The notes: a model not told the origin generated them from the sequence alone. A DNA stretch of 64,000 nucleotides from Vicinamibacteria bacterium (GCA_964291235.2 OZ219815.1:512001-576000); one strand, 5' to 3'. Shown: positions 29,043 to 41,084, counted from the first letter of the stretch. A program made the numbers and translations.

Positions 29043-29374
29043 AGGGGCACCCCTTCCTTCCGTACGGATTCGCGCATGTAGTCCAGCGCCGTCTCCAGGG
29101 AGAGGAGGTCGAGCGGGAAGGGAGTCATCTCCCTGGCTCGCGCCAGCGCGCCGAAGTAGCGGCCGGGCGGGAGTCCTTCCACGGCTACGTCCAGATCCGA
29201 ACCCGGGGTGAACCGCCGGTCCGGCGCGAACGCGGAGCCGAAGCCGATGACCCGCCGCGCGCCTTCGGTGCGCAGGAAGGCTGCGATCCGGCGGGCGTCG
29301 GACTGCGCGCGCTCCCGTCCCGCCGGCGAGAAACGCGTGCGGCGGAGGTGTTCCAGCATGACCTCACGATCCAT
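29039..29374 (-). CDS. Minimal nucleotidyltransferase (MntA-like antitoxin)
   Basis: GFGSAF...SDLDVAVEG motif plus third Asp (PLDLL); 111 aa. Confidence 0.88.
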   Translation of the reverse strand: MDREVMLEHLRRTRFSPAGRERAQSDARRIAAFLRTEGARRVIGFGSAFAPDRRFTPGSDLDVAVEGLPPGRYFGALARAREMTPFPLDLLSLETALDYMRESVRKEGVPL

Positions 29375-29485
29375 GCCCGCAGTCTATCGGGGGAAGACGG
29401 CCGCTCGGATCACCGTAGCCAGCCGCGCGGTGCAGGCATGGACGGCGCCCTCCCGGCGCTCTTGCAGCCCCTCGCCGGCGCGGCG

Positions 29486-31417
29486 TCAGGGGCCAACCGA
29501 AGGGACGATCCGCAACAACAGAGCGCCGGCGGGGACCGCTTTCCCGGCTTGTCCGCCGACATCGCCGAGGGTGCCGCCGACCGGCGCCCGGATCTCCCAG
29601 TGCATTTTCATCGACTCGATCACGGCGACCACCTCGCCTTCTTCGACGCCGGTGCCGGCGTCCAGGATCCGGATCAACTGGCCGGCGAGCGGGGCGCGAA
29701 CCTCGCCGGAATCGCCGCGCACCGCGGCCTTTTCACCCCCTCCGGCGAGCGGCAGGATCAGCGTCTCGCCGCCCACGGTGAGCGCCAACTCGCGCGCGCC
29801 GGCAAGCGGCGTCGCGGTAATCGCCAGCTCTTCGCCGGCTCCGGTAGCCCGCACCGGGGGACCGCACAACACCACTTCGCCGGGGCGGCTTCCGGGCTCC
29901 ACCCGCGGGAAGTCCGCCGCGTCGCCGAGCGACGAAAAGACCTGCGCGCCCTCCGTCGCTCGCCGGCCAAGGGCGGCCGCCGCGAGTGCCTCGGCAATCC
30001 GGTCGCGCCTCAGGAACTCCTCGAGCGGGGCGGGCAGCCGGGACGCCACCAGCTCTTCGACCCGCTCCTCGACCCATCCGGTGTGGGCATTTCCCCGGAG
30101 GAACTCCGGATGCCGGAGAATCGAGATCAACAAGGAGACGTTCGTCTCCACCCCGTGCAGGACCGTGTCTTCGAGCGCCGCGGCCAACCGGGAGGCGGCA
30201 CCGGGCACATCCTTCCCCCGGGCGATGACCTTGGCCACCAGGGAATCGAATCCCGGAGGAACGGCAGCGCCCTCGACCACCCCCGAGTCCACGCGGATGC
30301 TCTCGCCCTCCGGCTCGCGGTAGCGGCGGAGTCGTCCGGGGCTCGGAGCGAACCCGTTTCCGGGTGATTCGGCGAGGACCCGAACCTCCATGGCCGCCCC
30401 CCGGGGCGTGAGGGGCTGAAACGCCTCCGGCCGGGACACCGGCCGCGGCAGCGAATCGGGCCAACCACCGCTCGCGAGCGACAACTGCGCGTCCACCAGG
30501 TCCACGCCGTACACCTCCTCGGTCACCGGGTGCTCGACCTGCAGGCGGGTGTTCACTTCGAGGAAGAAGAAGGCGCCGTCCCGGTCCAACAGGAATTCCA
30601 CCGTCCCCGCGCCCCGGTAGCGGCTAAGGGTCACCAGCCGGAGGGCCGCCTCCCCCATCCGGGCCCGCAAGTCCGCCGAGATTCCGAAACCGGGAGCCCA
30701 CTCCACCAGCTTCTGGCGGCGGCGCTGCACCGAACACTCGCGCTCGCCGAGATGGATTCCGCCGCCCCTGCCGTCGCCGAAGACCTGAATCTCGACGTGC
30801 CGGGGCTGGTCCAGCCACCGTTCCACGAACACCCGGCCGTCGCCGAAGGCCGCCTCGGCTTCGGCTGACGCCACCGCCAGCGCCCCGGCGAGGTCCTCCG
30901 GGCGGCGCACGACGCGGATGCCGATGCCTCCGCCGCCCGCGGCGGCCTTGACGGCCGAGGGGAATTCGAGCCCGGCCCGCACCGCCGCGCGCCCCGGGTC
31001 CCCGGCGGCGCCCAGTTCCTCCGAGGCCATCGAGGGGAGCACCGGAACTCCGACCGCGACCGCGGTCTGCCGCGCGGACTCCTTGTCGCCGAGCCGGCGC
31101 ATCGCCGCGGCGGTCGGTCCGACGAAACCGATGCCCGCACCTTCCACGGCGGCCGCGAAGGAGGGGCTCTCCGACAAGAAGCCGTATCCCGGATGCAGCA
31201 GGTCCGCCCGGAAGCGCTCCGCCGCTCCGATGACGGCCGGCCCATCCAGAAAGTCCGCAACTTCGATCACCTCATCGGCCTCCGCCCGCACCGGGGCTCC
31301 CCGATCGGTAACGGTCGAGACCACGGCCGTCCGGTAGCCGCGGGCGCGGGCGGAACGGAGAATCCGCCGGGCGATCTCGCCCCGGTTCGCGATCAGCAGC
31401 CGCGGAGCGGTGGACAC
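29486..31417 (-). CDS. Biotin carboxylase/biotin carrier subunit (methylcrotonyl/geranyl-CoA carboxylase alpha)
   Basis: LLIANRGEIA, HPGYGFLSE, ERECSVQRRRQK, LEVNTRLQVEHPVTE, ESMKM biotinylation site. Confidence 0.92.
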   Translation of the reverse strand: MSTAPRLLIANRGEIARRILRSARARGYRTAVVSTVTDRGAPVRAEADEVIEVADFLDGPAVIGAAERFRADLLHPGYGFLSESPSFAAAVEGAGIGFVGPTAAAMRRLGDKESARQTAVAVGVPVLPSMASEELGAAGDPGRAAVRAGLEFPSAVKAAAGGGGIGIRVVRRPEDLAGALAVASAEAEAAFGDGRVFVERWLDQPRHVEIQVFGDGRGGGIHLGERECSVQRRRQKLVEWAPGFGISADLRARMGEAALRLVTLSRYRGAGTVEFLLDRDGAFFFLEVNTRLQVEHPVTEEVYGVDLVDAQLSLASGGWPDSLPRPVSRPEAFQPLTPRGAAMEVRVLAESPGNGFAPSPGRLRRYREPEGESIRVDSGVVEGAAVPPGFDSLVAKVIARGKDVPGAASRLAAALEDTVLHGVETNVSLLISILRHPEFLRGNAHTGWVEERVEELVASRLPAPLEEFLRRDRIAEALAAAALGRRATEGAQVFSSLGDAADFPRVEPGSRPGEVVLCGPPVRATGAGEELAITATPLAGARELALTVGGETLILPLAGGGEKAAVRGDSGEVRAPLAGQLIRILDAGTGVEEGEVVAVIESMKMHWEIRAPVGGTLGDVGGQAGKAVPAGALLLRIVPSVGP

Positions 31418-31427
31418 GGCTCTCTTG

Positions 31428-32219
31428 TTACGGCGCCCAGGGAGGCGGCGTCTTGGCGAAGAACGCCGCCGTGCCCGCCTGCCCTTCGTCGGAGGCCCGC
31501 GCCGCCGCAATGGTGCGGATGGTCAGGTCCTCGATTTCGGGCGACGGCAGCGGCGCTTCCCGGAGCATCAGCGACTTGGCCTCGCGCACCGCCCGCGGCG
31601 CGCTCTCCAGATAACGCCGGAGGGTCTGTTCCAACACGTCTTCCAGCCCCCCCACCGGACTCAGCTCGTGGACGATTCCGGCGCCGAGGGCCACGAGGCC
31701 CCTTGCCACCGCGCCGCCCAGCAGGAAAGGCCCGGCGCGGCCCGGCCCCAGCCGGCGGACGACGTAGGGGGAGATGACCGCCGGGACGAGTCCCAGCCGC
31801 GCTTCCGGGGTTCCGAAACGGGCCGCTTCCTCCGCGACGACGTGATCGGCACACACCGCGAGTCCGAAACCGCCGCCGAGTGCCGCCCCCTGCACCGCCG
31901 CGATCACCGGAGCCGGAAAGGCGGCCACCGAGCGGAAGAGGGTCGCAAAGCGGCGGGCGTCCCGCCGGTTGTCGTCCTCGCTCGCCTGTCCCGACGCACG
32001 CATTGCCCGGAGATCCGCGCCGGCGCAGAAGACCTTTCCTTCACCGCGCAGGACAACCACGCGGCAGCGCTCGGCGGGAAGCGCCGCAAGTTCGTCCAGG
32101 AGTTGCGGGATTCCCTCGACCATCTCCGGAGTGAGCGCATTTCTCGCCTCCGGCCGCTGGAGGGTGAGACGGACAACGCCGTCCGCGGCGCGATCAACGT
32201 GCAGATGGGGAGAACTCAT
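31428..32219 (-). CDS. Enoyl-CoA hydratase (methylglutaconyl-CoA hydratase/LiuC-AtuE-like)
   Basis: LQRPEARNAL, FCAGADL, ALGGGFGL, PEARLGLVPAVISPYV; start MSSPHL at 32219. Confidence 0.9.
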   Translation of the reverse strand: MSSPHLHVDRAADGVVRLTLQRPEARNALTPEMVEGIPQLLDELAALPAERCRVVVLRGEGKVFCAGADLRAMRASGQASEDDNRRDARRFATLFRSVAAFPAPVIAAVQGAALGGGFGLAVCADHVVAEEAARFGTPEARLGLVPAVISPYVVRRLGPGRAGPFLLGGAVARGLVALGAGIVHELSPVGGLEDVLEQTLRRYLESAPRAVREAKSLMLREAPLPSPEIEDLTIRTIAAARASDEGQAGTAAFFAKTPPPWAP

Positions 32220-34108
32220 GGGGCGGAAAAGGGTGCGGCGAACGCCGGCGAGAGCGGGCGGTTCTCGGCGGGAATGGTGGCGAGGAGGGCGGCCGGGATC
32301 CGGACCCGCTGCCGGAGCAGACCCTGGGCGAGCGTCTTGCCCTGCGGGTCGAGCAGCAGGCTGCGGGTCCCGCCGCCGCCGAGCGCCCGCTCCAGGATGA
32401 AGTTGAGCGCCCAGAGCCCCGGCACCTCGTAACGGACGATCGGGCCTTCGGAGACCTCCCGCACCCAGTCGGCGACCAGCGCGGTCGTCAGGTTCTCGGT
32501 GAGCCACGCGTAGCAGGCGGCGCTCCGGCCGATGACCCCGATGTTGGCGGCGTCCCCCTTGTCCCCGCTGCGGGCGTGAGCCACCGCGCCGAGGGGCGCC
32601 TCGATCGTGGGAGTGGCCGGCGGGACGTCGCGCGCCGGGCTCGGGTGGACATCCGTCCGGGGCGTATCCGCCGACGCGGTCGGACCCCCGAACGGCACTT
32701 CCTCTTCGGCCACCACCGCTTCGCTGCCGCCCGCGGACACCCGGATCACCCGGACGGTGGCGGAGACCCGGTCGCGGGGCACGAGGGCGGGCCAGTAGCC
32801 GACCACTTCCGTGATCGCGGGCGCGCCGCCGGTGACCGCGAGGCCCGCCGGGCCACTCAGGATGAAGCTCGGGAGCAGCTTGCGGAAGACCGAAAGCGGC
32901 TCCCGGGTCGGGCTCCAGGCCGCGAACCGCACGAGCCCCTCCGACGGATCGAGCCGCGCGGCGTCGGCGAGGCCCCGCTGGGCGGCATCGGCGCCCGCGA
33001 GATCCACCCGGAGTTCCGCCGGGAACCCGGTGCCCGCCGCCTCGCAGTCGGCCTTGAGCCGGTCCCGGAACGCGTCGCCGAGCGCCGTCGCCTTCTCCCG
33101 GACGTCGGGCCCGCCGACCACCAGGCTGCCGCGGGCGCTGAACCCCCCGCGGACGGAAGCGCTCACCTTGAGATCCGGCGGCGGGGGCCCGCCCCGCGCA
33201 CCCCGGACGAGCACCCGGTCGTTCCCGGCATCGGCCACGCTCAGTCCCGAAAAATCCACCGTGGCGTCCGGGCACAGATAGCGCTCCGGATCTCCCATTT
33301 CGTAGAGGAGCTGCTCGCGGGTCACGGCGGGCGAGACCAGTCCTCCGGTTCCGGATTGCCTGGTCAGGAAGAAGCTGCCGTCCGGCTCGACCTCGACGAC
33401 CGGGAAACCCTCCCGGCCGAGTCCCGGCACGCGCTGCCAGTCGGTGAAGTTCCCCCCGGTGGCCTGCACTCCGCACTCGATCAGGTGCCCGGCCACGATG
33501 CCGCCCGCGATCCGGTCCCAGTCCTCGGGATCCCACCCGAAGGCGTGGCGGATGGGGGCGAGGGTGATGCCGGTATCGGTGACCCGGCCGGTGACCACCA
33601 CGTCCGGGCGGTGGGCCAGCGCCCGGACGATCGGCTCGGCGCCGAAGTAGGCGTTCGCGGAAAGGACGGCGAGCCGCTGGGGCGCGAACGGTGCGCCGGT
33701 CTCCAGGTTGTCGAAGGGGACGCCGCCGGCCATCAGGCCGTCGAGGCGGTCCATCAGGTCGTCCCCCTCGACCACCGCGACCGTCAATCCGATTCCGGCA
33801 TCCATCGCCGCCCCGAACACCGCGCGCGCGCAGGCGGTCGGATTCACTCCCCCGGCGTTCGTGATCACCGTGATCCCGCGTTCCCGGATGGCGCCGAGCA
33901 GGGGCGCGATCTGGGTTACGAAGTCGCGCGCATAACCGGCGGATGGATCGCGGGCGCGCTGCTTTTGCAGGATGCTCATCGTGATTTCCGCCAGGAAGTC
34001 CGCGGTCACGAACTCGGGAGGCTCCGGCCCGAGCACCTGCGAGCGAAGCGCCCGGGGATCGTCTCCCCAGTAGCCGCCGGCGTTTCCCACCCGTACGGTC
34101 TTCTTCAC
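32216..34108 (-). CDS. atuA: Acyclic terpene utilisation AtuA family protein (DUF1446 plus C-terminal domain)
   Basis: VRVGNAGGYWGD, DFLAEITMSIL, TNAGGVNP, GRVTDTG, AGHLIECG, EQLLYEMGDP, ARSGDKGD, DPQGK. Confidence 0.9.
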   Translation of the reverse strand: MKKTVRVGNAGGYWGDDPRALRSQVLGPEPPEFVTADFLAEITMSILQKQRARDPSAGYARDFVTQIAPLLGAIRERGITVITNAGGVNPTACARAVFGAAMDAGIGLTVAVVEGDDLMDRLDGLMAGGVPFDNLETGAPFAPQRLAVLSANAYFGAEPIVRALAHRPDVVVTGRVTDTGITLAPIRHAFGWDPEDWDRIAGGIVAGHLIECGVQATGGNFTDWQRVPGLGREGFPVVEVEPDGSFFLTRQSGTGGLVSPAVTREQLLYEMGDPERYLCPDATVDFSGLSVADAGNDRVLVRGARGGPPPPDLKVSASVRGGFSARGSLVVGGPDVREKATALGDAFRDRLKADCEAAGTGFPAELRVDLAGADAAQRGLADAARLDPSEGLVRFAAWSPTREPLSVFRKLLPSFILSGPAGLAVTGGAPAITEVVGYWPALVPRDRVSATVRVIRVSAGGSEAVVAEEEVPFGGPTASADTPRTDVHPSPARDVPPATPTIEAPLGAVAHARSGDKGDAANIGVIGRSAACYAWLTENLTTALVADWVREVSEGPIVRYEVPGLWALNFILERALGGGGTRSLLLDPQGKTLAQGLLRQRVRIPAALLATIPAENRPLSPAFAAPFSAP

Positions 34109-34137
34109 GACGCCGGCGCCTGTCTCAGTTCGGATCC

Positions 34138-35745
<1,608 letters not shown>

Positions 35746-35857
35746 TCAGTGTTTTCCTTGAGGAACTCGAATTCTAGTGAGGGGCGATGCCTGCACGGGA
35801 GCCCCGGAGCCGCACGGCCATTCCACCCGTACACTCGCCCGCCCTGGAGGATTGCCC

Positions 35858-37027
35858 ATGACCGCACTCCGCTCGTTCACGCTCAGCTTCGGAGCGTGCC
35901 TGCTGGCCGGGACGCTGACCGCCTGCGGCGGCGGCGCCGGCGCCGGCGATCTGGAAGGAGACGCCACCGATCCCATGACCGTCTTCGATCAAGCCATCGC
36001 TCGCTTCGAACAGGCGCCGCTCGCCCACCTCCCGACCCCCTTCGAGGAGATGCCGACCCTCGCCGCCGAACTCGGCGGCCCCCGCCTGTTCGTCAAGCGC
36101 GACGACCAGACCGGCCTCGCCCTCGGGGGCAACAAGGCGCGGAAGCTCGATTTCATCCTCGCCGACGCGGTCGCCAAGGGGAGCGACAGCGTCGTTACCT
36201 GGGCGGGAGTGCAGTCCAACTGGGCGCGGATGACGGCCGCCGGTTCGAGGCGGCTGGGCATGGATCCGATCCTGGTGCTCCAGCGCCGGAAGGACCAGGC
36301 GATCGCGCCCGCCGACGGCAACCTGCTCCTCGACCGGATCCTGGGCGCCGACGTGCGGATCATCGGCCCGGACGAGGACCGGCAAGCGAAGGTCGCGGAG
36401 ATCGCGGCCGCCGAGCGGGCGGCCGGCCGGAATCCCTACGTCGTCTCGGTCGGCGGTTCCCTGACGGGAGGCGGCATGGAGCTGCCGCTCGGGTCGGTGG
36501 CCTACGCGAACGGATTCCGGGAGCTGCTCGGGCAGGCGCGGGAAGCCGGCGTGACCATCACCCACGTTGTCCACGCCTCGGGCTCCGGCAGCACCCAGTC
36601 CGGGCTCGTGGTCGGGGCGAAGATGCTCGCTCCTGACGTCCGGGTCATCGGCATCAGCACCGGCGGCAGCAAGGCCGCGGGCGAGGCCAACGTGCTCGCC
36701 ATCGCGCGGGAGACGGTGGAGGCGATGGAACTCGACGTGGAGATCGGGCCCGCGGACGTGGTGGTCCACGACGAGTACGTCGGCGAGGGCTACGGCGTCC
36801 TGAACCAGGGGGTCGTGGAGGCCATCGCCCAGACCGCCCGCACCGAGGGCATCCTGCTCGACCCGGTCTATACCGGCAAGGCGATGACCGGGCTCTTCGA
36901 CCTCGTCCAGCGCGGACAGTTCAGCGAGACCGACGTGGTCGTCTTCCTGCACACCGGCGGCAGCCCGGCGCTCTTCCCGTACCGGGAAGGCTTGCTGGAG
37001 GATTTACCGGCGCCAACAGGCGAATGA
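35858..37027 (+). CDS. D-cysteine desulfhydrase/cysteate sulfo-lyase family PLP enzyme with N-terminal lipoprotein signal
   Basis: [42 protein letters not shown]; RBS GGAGG; lipobox LTAC. Confidence 0.88.
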   Translation: MTALRSFTLSFGACLLAGTLTACGGGAGAGDLEGDATDPMTVFDQAIARFEQAPLAHLPTPFEEMPTLAAELGGPRLFVKRDDQTGLALGGNKARKLDFILADAVAKGSDSVVTWAGVQSNWARMTAAGSRRLGMDPILVLQRRKDQAIAPADGNLLLDRILGADVRIIGPDEDRQAKVAEIAAAERAAGRNPYVVSVGGSLTGGGMELPLGSVAYANGFRELLGQAREAGVTITHVVHASGSGSTQSGLVVGAKMLAPDVRVIGISTGGSKAAGEANVLAIARETVEAMELDVEIGPADVVVHDEYVGEGYGVLNQGVVEAIAQTARTEGILLDPVYTGKAMTGLFDLVQRGQFSETDVVVFLHTGGSPALFPYREGLLEDLPAPTGE

Positions 37028-37053
37028 CGCGGAAGGAAGGGAAGGAACTGGCG

Positions 37054-37365
37054 ATGATGAAGAACCTGCACCATCCAGGCGCGATCGTCCTCCACGAGTG
37101 CATGGAGCCTCTGGGACTCAATGTCACCGAGGCCGCAGCGAAGCTGGGAGTCAGCCGCAAACAGCTTTCCGCTCTCGTCAACGGCCGTTCCGGAATCTCC
37201 GCGGAAATGGCCATCCGGCTCAGCAAGGCGTTCGGAGCGAGCGCCGGAATGTGGGTTCGGTTGCAGGCGAACTACAACCTCGCGCAGGCAATGGAACGAG
37301 CAGACGAAATCCAGGTGGAGCGCCTGTGGCCGGCTCCTCCCGCGGCCGAGCCGGCTCCCGCCTAA
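37054..37365 (+). CDS. higA: HigA-family antitoxin (HTH), no cognate toxin adjacent
   Basis: [56 protein letters not shown]...WVRLQANY; start could be 37024. Confidence 0.88.
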   Translation: MMKNLHHPGAIVLHECMEPLGLNVTEAAAKLGVSRKQLSALVNGRSGISAEMAIRLSKAFGASAGMWVRLQANYNLAQAMERADEIQVERLWPAPPAAEPAPA

Positions 37366-37436
37366 ACCACTCCCCGGCGCATATCTGTTGTGGCTGAACG
37401 GGAATGTAATTCCCATTCAGCCTGCAAAAACGGGAC

Positions 37437-37610
37437 TTGGTATCCCAGACTTCTGGATGCTCCCGCGCGGAGCGATCAGAGTTTTTCCTCTTCGGCCCTC
37501 GCGGCACCGGTAAGACGACCTGGCTCAAGGAACGCTTTCCGAAGCCGCTCTAGCTGGACCTCCTCGACCACCGCCGGTATTTCGATCTGCTGAGCCGGCC
37601 CGGATCCTGG
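37437..37610 (+). pseudogene. N-terminal remnant of an AAA_14/DUF4143-type ATPase
   Basis: YPRLLDAPARSDQS/FFLFGPRGTGKTTWLKERFPKPL*LDLLDHRRYFDLLSRP: Walker A present, with a frameshift near 37485, in-frame TAG at 37551 and truncation. Confidence 0.7.
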
Positions 37611-37758
37611 CGCAGCGACCGGACGGCGAGAGTCCGCCGGTCGGGCGGCTGTGGGGCCTGGGCGCCTTCGAAACCCGGCGGGTATCCAGCTACGCGGACC
37701 GGTCGCGCCGTCCGGGAACACCAAGGGTCCGGGACCGAGGTTGGCCGAGCGCAGCGCT

Positions 37759-37801
37759 GGTTTCGCGCTCCCGCGCGATGCCGGCCAGAGGCCGGCGCTC
37801 C
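37759..37801 (-). repeat. Solo double-hairpin REP unit
   Basis: Minus strand GGAGC-GCCGGCC-TCT-GGCCGGC-A-TCGCGC-GGGA-GCGCGA-AACC. Confidence 0.75.
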
Positions 37802-37856
37802 GAGCCGATGCGCGCTTCTTCTCCGTCGGCTATGTCCGGCGGCGATCGGCTATCGA

Positions 37857-40800
37857 TCAGGAGGACGGCGCGACGAGTACCGCTCCCGTGATGCCGGCCT
37901 CCTGAAGCGCGCGGTTGAGGTCTTCGACCCCGGACCCAAGCAGCGACTCCGCCCGCTCCAGAATCGGCGCCGCTTCCGCTTCCAGATCGCGGAACCGCTC
38001 GAAGGAGCCGCCGGTCGGGCGGCCGTAGTTCTGGGCAACGTGACCGTAGAGATAGGCGATCTGGTTGTCGATTCGGGGCGTGAAGTTGATGGGGTCCTGA
38101 CTGGACTCGTTCTTCGTCTGGATCATTTCGTCTTCGACGTCAGTCAAACCCTTGCCGAGGGTCTCGGCCTGCTCCTCCAGCACATCGGTCCAGCGGTCCG
38201 CCTCGCGCGCCCGCTTTGCGACCGCTTCGAGCTGGCCGCGGGCGTCCCGGATCGCGCCGATCCGCTCGTGCATCCGTTCGAGGAGCGCCTGCGCCTGCCG
38301 CACCAGGTTGTGCTGCTGGCGGAGGTCGTCCTCCGTGGCGGCGACCCGGGGATCCTTGACCACCTCGAACCGGACGGGTTCGCCTCGGACTTCGTCGCCG
38401 CTGTTCTTCCGGAAGGACAGCGACGCGCCGTAGGTCCCTGGCACGACGAACGCCCCGCCGGTGTACGAAATGGACATCACCGCGCCCTTCAGCAGTTCCA
38501 GACGCCGGTACTTGAGATCCCAGGCGATCCGGTGGAGTCCGGCCTCCGTTTCCAGCACCGCATCGGGATTCGGACGCTCGCCCGCGGACTCGTCCGGCTT
38601 CTCGCCGGGGGCCGGCTTCCCGACGAACTCCCGGATCGACGCGCCGGCCGCGTCGGTGACCACGAGGCGGAGCTCGTCTCCCTCCTCGAGGTCCTCGGGC
38701 AGGAAATAGTGGAAGAGGGCGCCGGATGCACGGTTCTCAGGCGCCCCCGGACCGCGGAATGGCCGGCCGCCGCCGGTGGCCAGCCGCACCGCCGTCCCCG
38801 CCGGCAGGAGCGCCGGGGCGTCCCACGACCTCCCCGCCAGCGCCCGCAGCGGCGTGAGGTCGTCGAGCACCCAGAAGGAGCGGCCTTGGGTGGCGACCAG
38901 CAACTCCTGGCCGGCGGCCTGGAGATCGGTAATGGGACTTGCCGGCAGGTTCCCGAGCGGCGCGAAGCGGGCGCCACCGTCGAGACTCACGAAGAGACCG
39001 AATTCCGTCCCGATATAGAGAACGCTCTCGCTCTCCGGATCCTCCCGTACGACGCGCACCGGGTGGCCGGCCGGGATCCCGCCGTCCCCACCCAGGGTCG
39101 CCCACGTCGCTCCAAAATCCGTGGTGCGAAACACGTAGGGCTCAAAGTCGTTCTCGCGGTACCGCTGGACGGCGAGGAGCACGCCCCCGTCGTGATGCCG
39201 GGAGACGTCGAGACTGTTCACGGTGCCGCCGGCGGGCATCTCGGCCGGCGTCACCTCGGTCCAGGACTCGCCTCCGTTCCTGGAGACGTGGACCCGGCCG
39301 TCGTCGGTGCCCGCCCAGAGCAGGCCCTCGACCCGGGGTGATTCCCCCAGCGCGAAGATCGTCCCGTACACCTCGACGCCGGTGTGGTCATGCTGCACCG
39401 GGCCGCCGGGGCGAGCGCCTTTTTCAGGATCGCCCACCGTCAGGTCGGGTGAGATGGTCGTCCAGGAGAGGCCGCCGTCGGTCGTCCGGTGGACGTAGTT
39501 CGAGGTGTGGAAGACGACCTCGGGGTCGTGCTTGGAAACCACGATGGGCGCGTTCCACTGGAAGCGGTAGTTCAGGTCCCGCGGGGCCACCCCGTCCGCC
39601 ATCTCCGGATACACGATCACGTTGCGGGCGCCCGCTTCGTCCCGGTCGTAGCGGTCGATCTGGCCGATGTAGTTCCCCGCATAGGTGAGTTCGGGCCGGC
39701 CCGGGGTCACCGCGATGTGCCCGCTCTCGCCGCCGGCGACGTCCCACCAGTGGGCCTCCGGGGAAAGACCGCTGTCGGTCCAGGAGGGAACGCTGATGGT
39801 CGAGTTGTCCTGCTGCGCCCCGTAGAGCCGCCTCGGGAACTCCTCGTCCACCGTGAGCCGGTAGAACTCGGCGGTGGGCTGGTTGTGGATGGAGGACCAG
39901 TTCTCGCCCCCGTCAAGCGTCACGGCGGCGCCGCCGTCGTTCGCTTCCGCCATGATCCGGGCGTCGTTCGGATTGATCCAGAGGTCGTGGTTGTCCCCGT
40001 GCGGGACCCGAACCGTCTGGAAGGACTTGCCGCCGTCCACCGACTTGAAGAACGGGGCGTTCAGGACATAGACGGTGTCCGGATCGGTGGGATCGGCGAC
40101 CACGTGGCTGTAGTACCAGCCCCGGGCCCGCAGACGGCGTTCGCCGTTCACCCGCGCCCAGGTGTCGCCGCCGTCCTCACTCCGGTAGAGCCCGCCCCGC
40201 TCCTCGGCGGCAGTGACCATCGCGTACACCCGGCGCGGATCGGAAGCGGCGATGGACACCCCGATGCGGCCGACCGGCTGTTCCTCGGACGCCTGTGGAA
40301 GCCCGCCAGCCAGCCGCTCCCACGATGCGCCGCCGTCGCGCGTCCGGTAGAGCCCGCCCTCGGGGCCGCCCTCAATGAGGGTCCACGGCTTCCGCTCGGC
40401 CTGCCACATGGCCGCGAACAGCTCCCGCGGGTTCGCCGGGTTCATGGCGAGTTCCACGGCTCCGGTCGCGTCCGAAATCTGGAGCGACGCCGTCCAGGTC
40501 TCACCGCCGTCTTCGGTCAGGTACACGCCCCGTTCCGGCGAGCGGCCGAAGATCTGGCCGAGCACGGCGACGAACGCGCGGTCGGGGTCGTCCGGGTCCA
40601 CGATGATCCGGCCGATCAGCCCGGCGGCCGCGAGCCCCGCATGGGTCCACGACCGGCCGCCATCGGTGCTGCGATACACCCCGTTGCCGACGGAGATGTT
40701 GCCCCGCGGACAAGCGGAACCCGTTCCCACGTAGATGACGTTGGGATCCGAGGGCGCGACCGCCACCGCCCCGATGGAGCCGACCGCGAAATCGTCGTCC

Positions 40801-41084
40801 GAAAGGTTCGTCCAGGACACTCCGGCGTTGACGGTCTTCCAGACCCCGCCGCCCGTCGAACCCATGTAGAACACGTGGGGCTGGTCCGGAATCCCGGTCA
40901 CGGTGGTCACTCGCCCGCCGCGCGAAGGCCCCACCATCCGGAAATCGAGACCTTCGAGCACCTCGGCGGGAACGGGGAATCCCTCGGGAACCGCCGCCCG
41001 CTCGATCGGCCCCTGTCCGGCGACGGGCGCGGCCAGGAGGACCAGCGGCAGCGCGCCGCTCCTCAGCAAGGTGGAGATCTTCAT
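37857..41084 (-). CDS. Exported BNR/Asp-box (VPS10-like) beta-propeller protein, putative glycosyl hydrolase
   Basis: Signal peptide; GPSRGGRV; many (S/T)xDGGxxW Asp-boxes; HGDNHDLWINP; YRFQWNAP; C-terminal helical bundle. Confidence 0.9.
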   Translation of the reverse strand: MKISTLLRSGALPLVLLAAPVAGQGPIERAAVPEGFPVPAEVLEGLDFRMVGPSRGGRVTTVTGIPDQPHVFYMGSTGGGVWKTVNAGVSWTNLSDDDFAVGSIGAVAVAPSDPNVIYVGTGSACPRGNISVGNGVYRSTDGGRSWTHAGLAAAGLIGRIIVDPDDPDRAFVAVLGQIFGRSPERGVYLTEDGGETWTASLQISDATGAVELAMNPANPRELFAAMWQAERKPWTLIEGGPEGGLYRTRDGGASWERLAGGLPQASEEQPVGRIGVSIAASDPRRVYAMVTAAEERGGLYRSEDGGDTWARVNGERRLRARGWYYSHVVADPTDPDTVYVLNAPFFKSVDGGKSFQTVRVPHGDNHDLWINPNDARIMAEANDGGAAVTLDGGENWSSIHNQPTAEFYRLTVDEEFPRRLYGAQQDNSTISVPSWTDSGLSPEAHWWDVAGGESGHIAVTPGRPELTYAGNYIGQIDRYDRDEAGARNVIVYPEMADGVAPRDLNYRFQWNAPIVVSKHDPEVVFHTSNYVHRTTDGGLSWTTISPDLTVGDPEKGARPGGPVQHDHTGVEVYGTIFALGESPRVEGLLWAGTDDGRVHVSRNGGESWTEVTPAEMPAGGTVNSLDVSRHHDGGVLLAVQRYRENDFEPYVFRTTDFGATWATLGGDGGIPAGHPVRVVREDPESESVLYIGTEFGLFVSLDGGARFAPLGNLPASPITDLQAAGQELLVATQGRSFWVLDDLTPLRALAGRSWDAPALLPAGTAVRLATGGGRPFRGPGAPENRASGALFHYFLPEDLEEGDELRLVVTDAAGASIREFVGKPAPGEKPDESAGERPNPDAVLETEAGLHRIAWDLKYRRLELLKGAVMSISYTGGAFVVPGTYGASLSFRKNSGDEVRGEPVRFEVVKDPRVAATEDDLRQQHNLVRQAQALLERMHERIGAIRDARGQLEAVAKRAREADRWTDVLEEQAETLGKGLTDVEDEMIQTKNESSQDPINFTPRIDNQIAYLYGHVAQNYGRPTGGSFERFRDLEAEAAPILERAESLLGSGVEDLNRALQEAGITGAVLVAPSS

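Noticed and set aside
35858-37027. ACC deaminase (acdS) call
   Set aside because: Diagnostic positions are Thr/Thr (DPVYT, HTGG), not Glu/Leu.
37551-37553. In-frame TAG as recoding (pyrrolysine or readthrough)
   Set aside because: The same fragment has a frameshift and is truncated, and TAG is used as a normal stop by other genes here.
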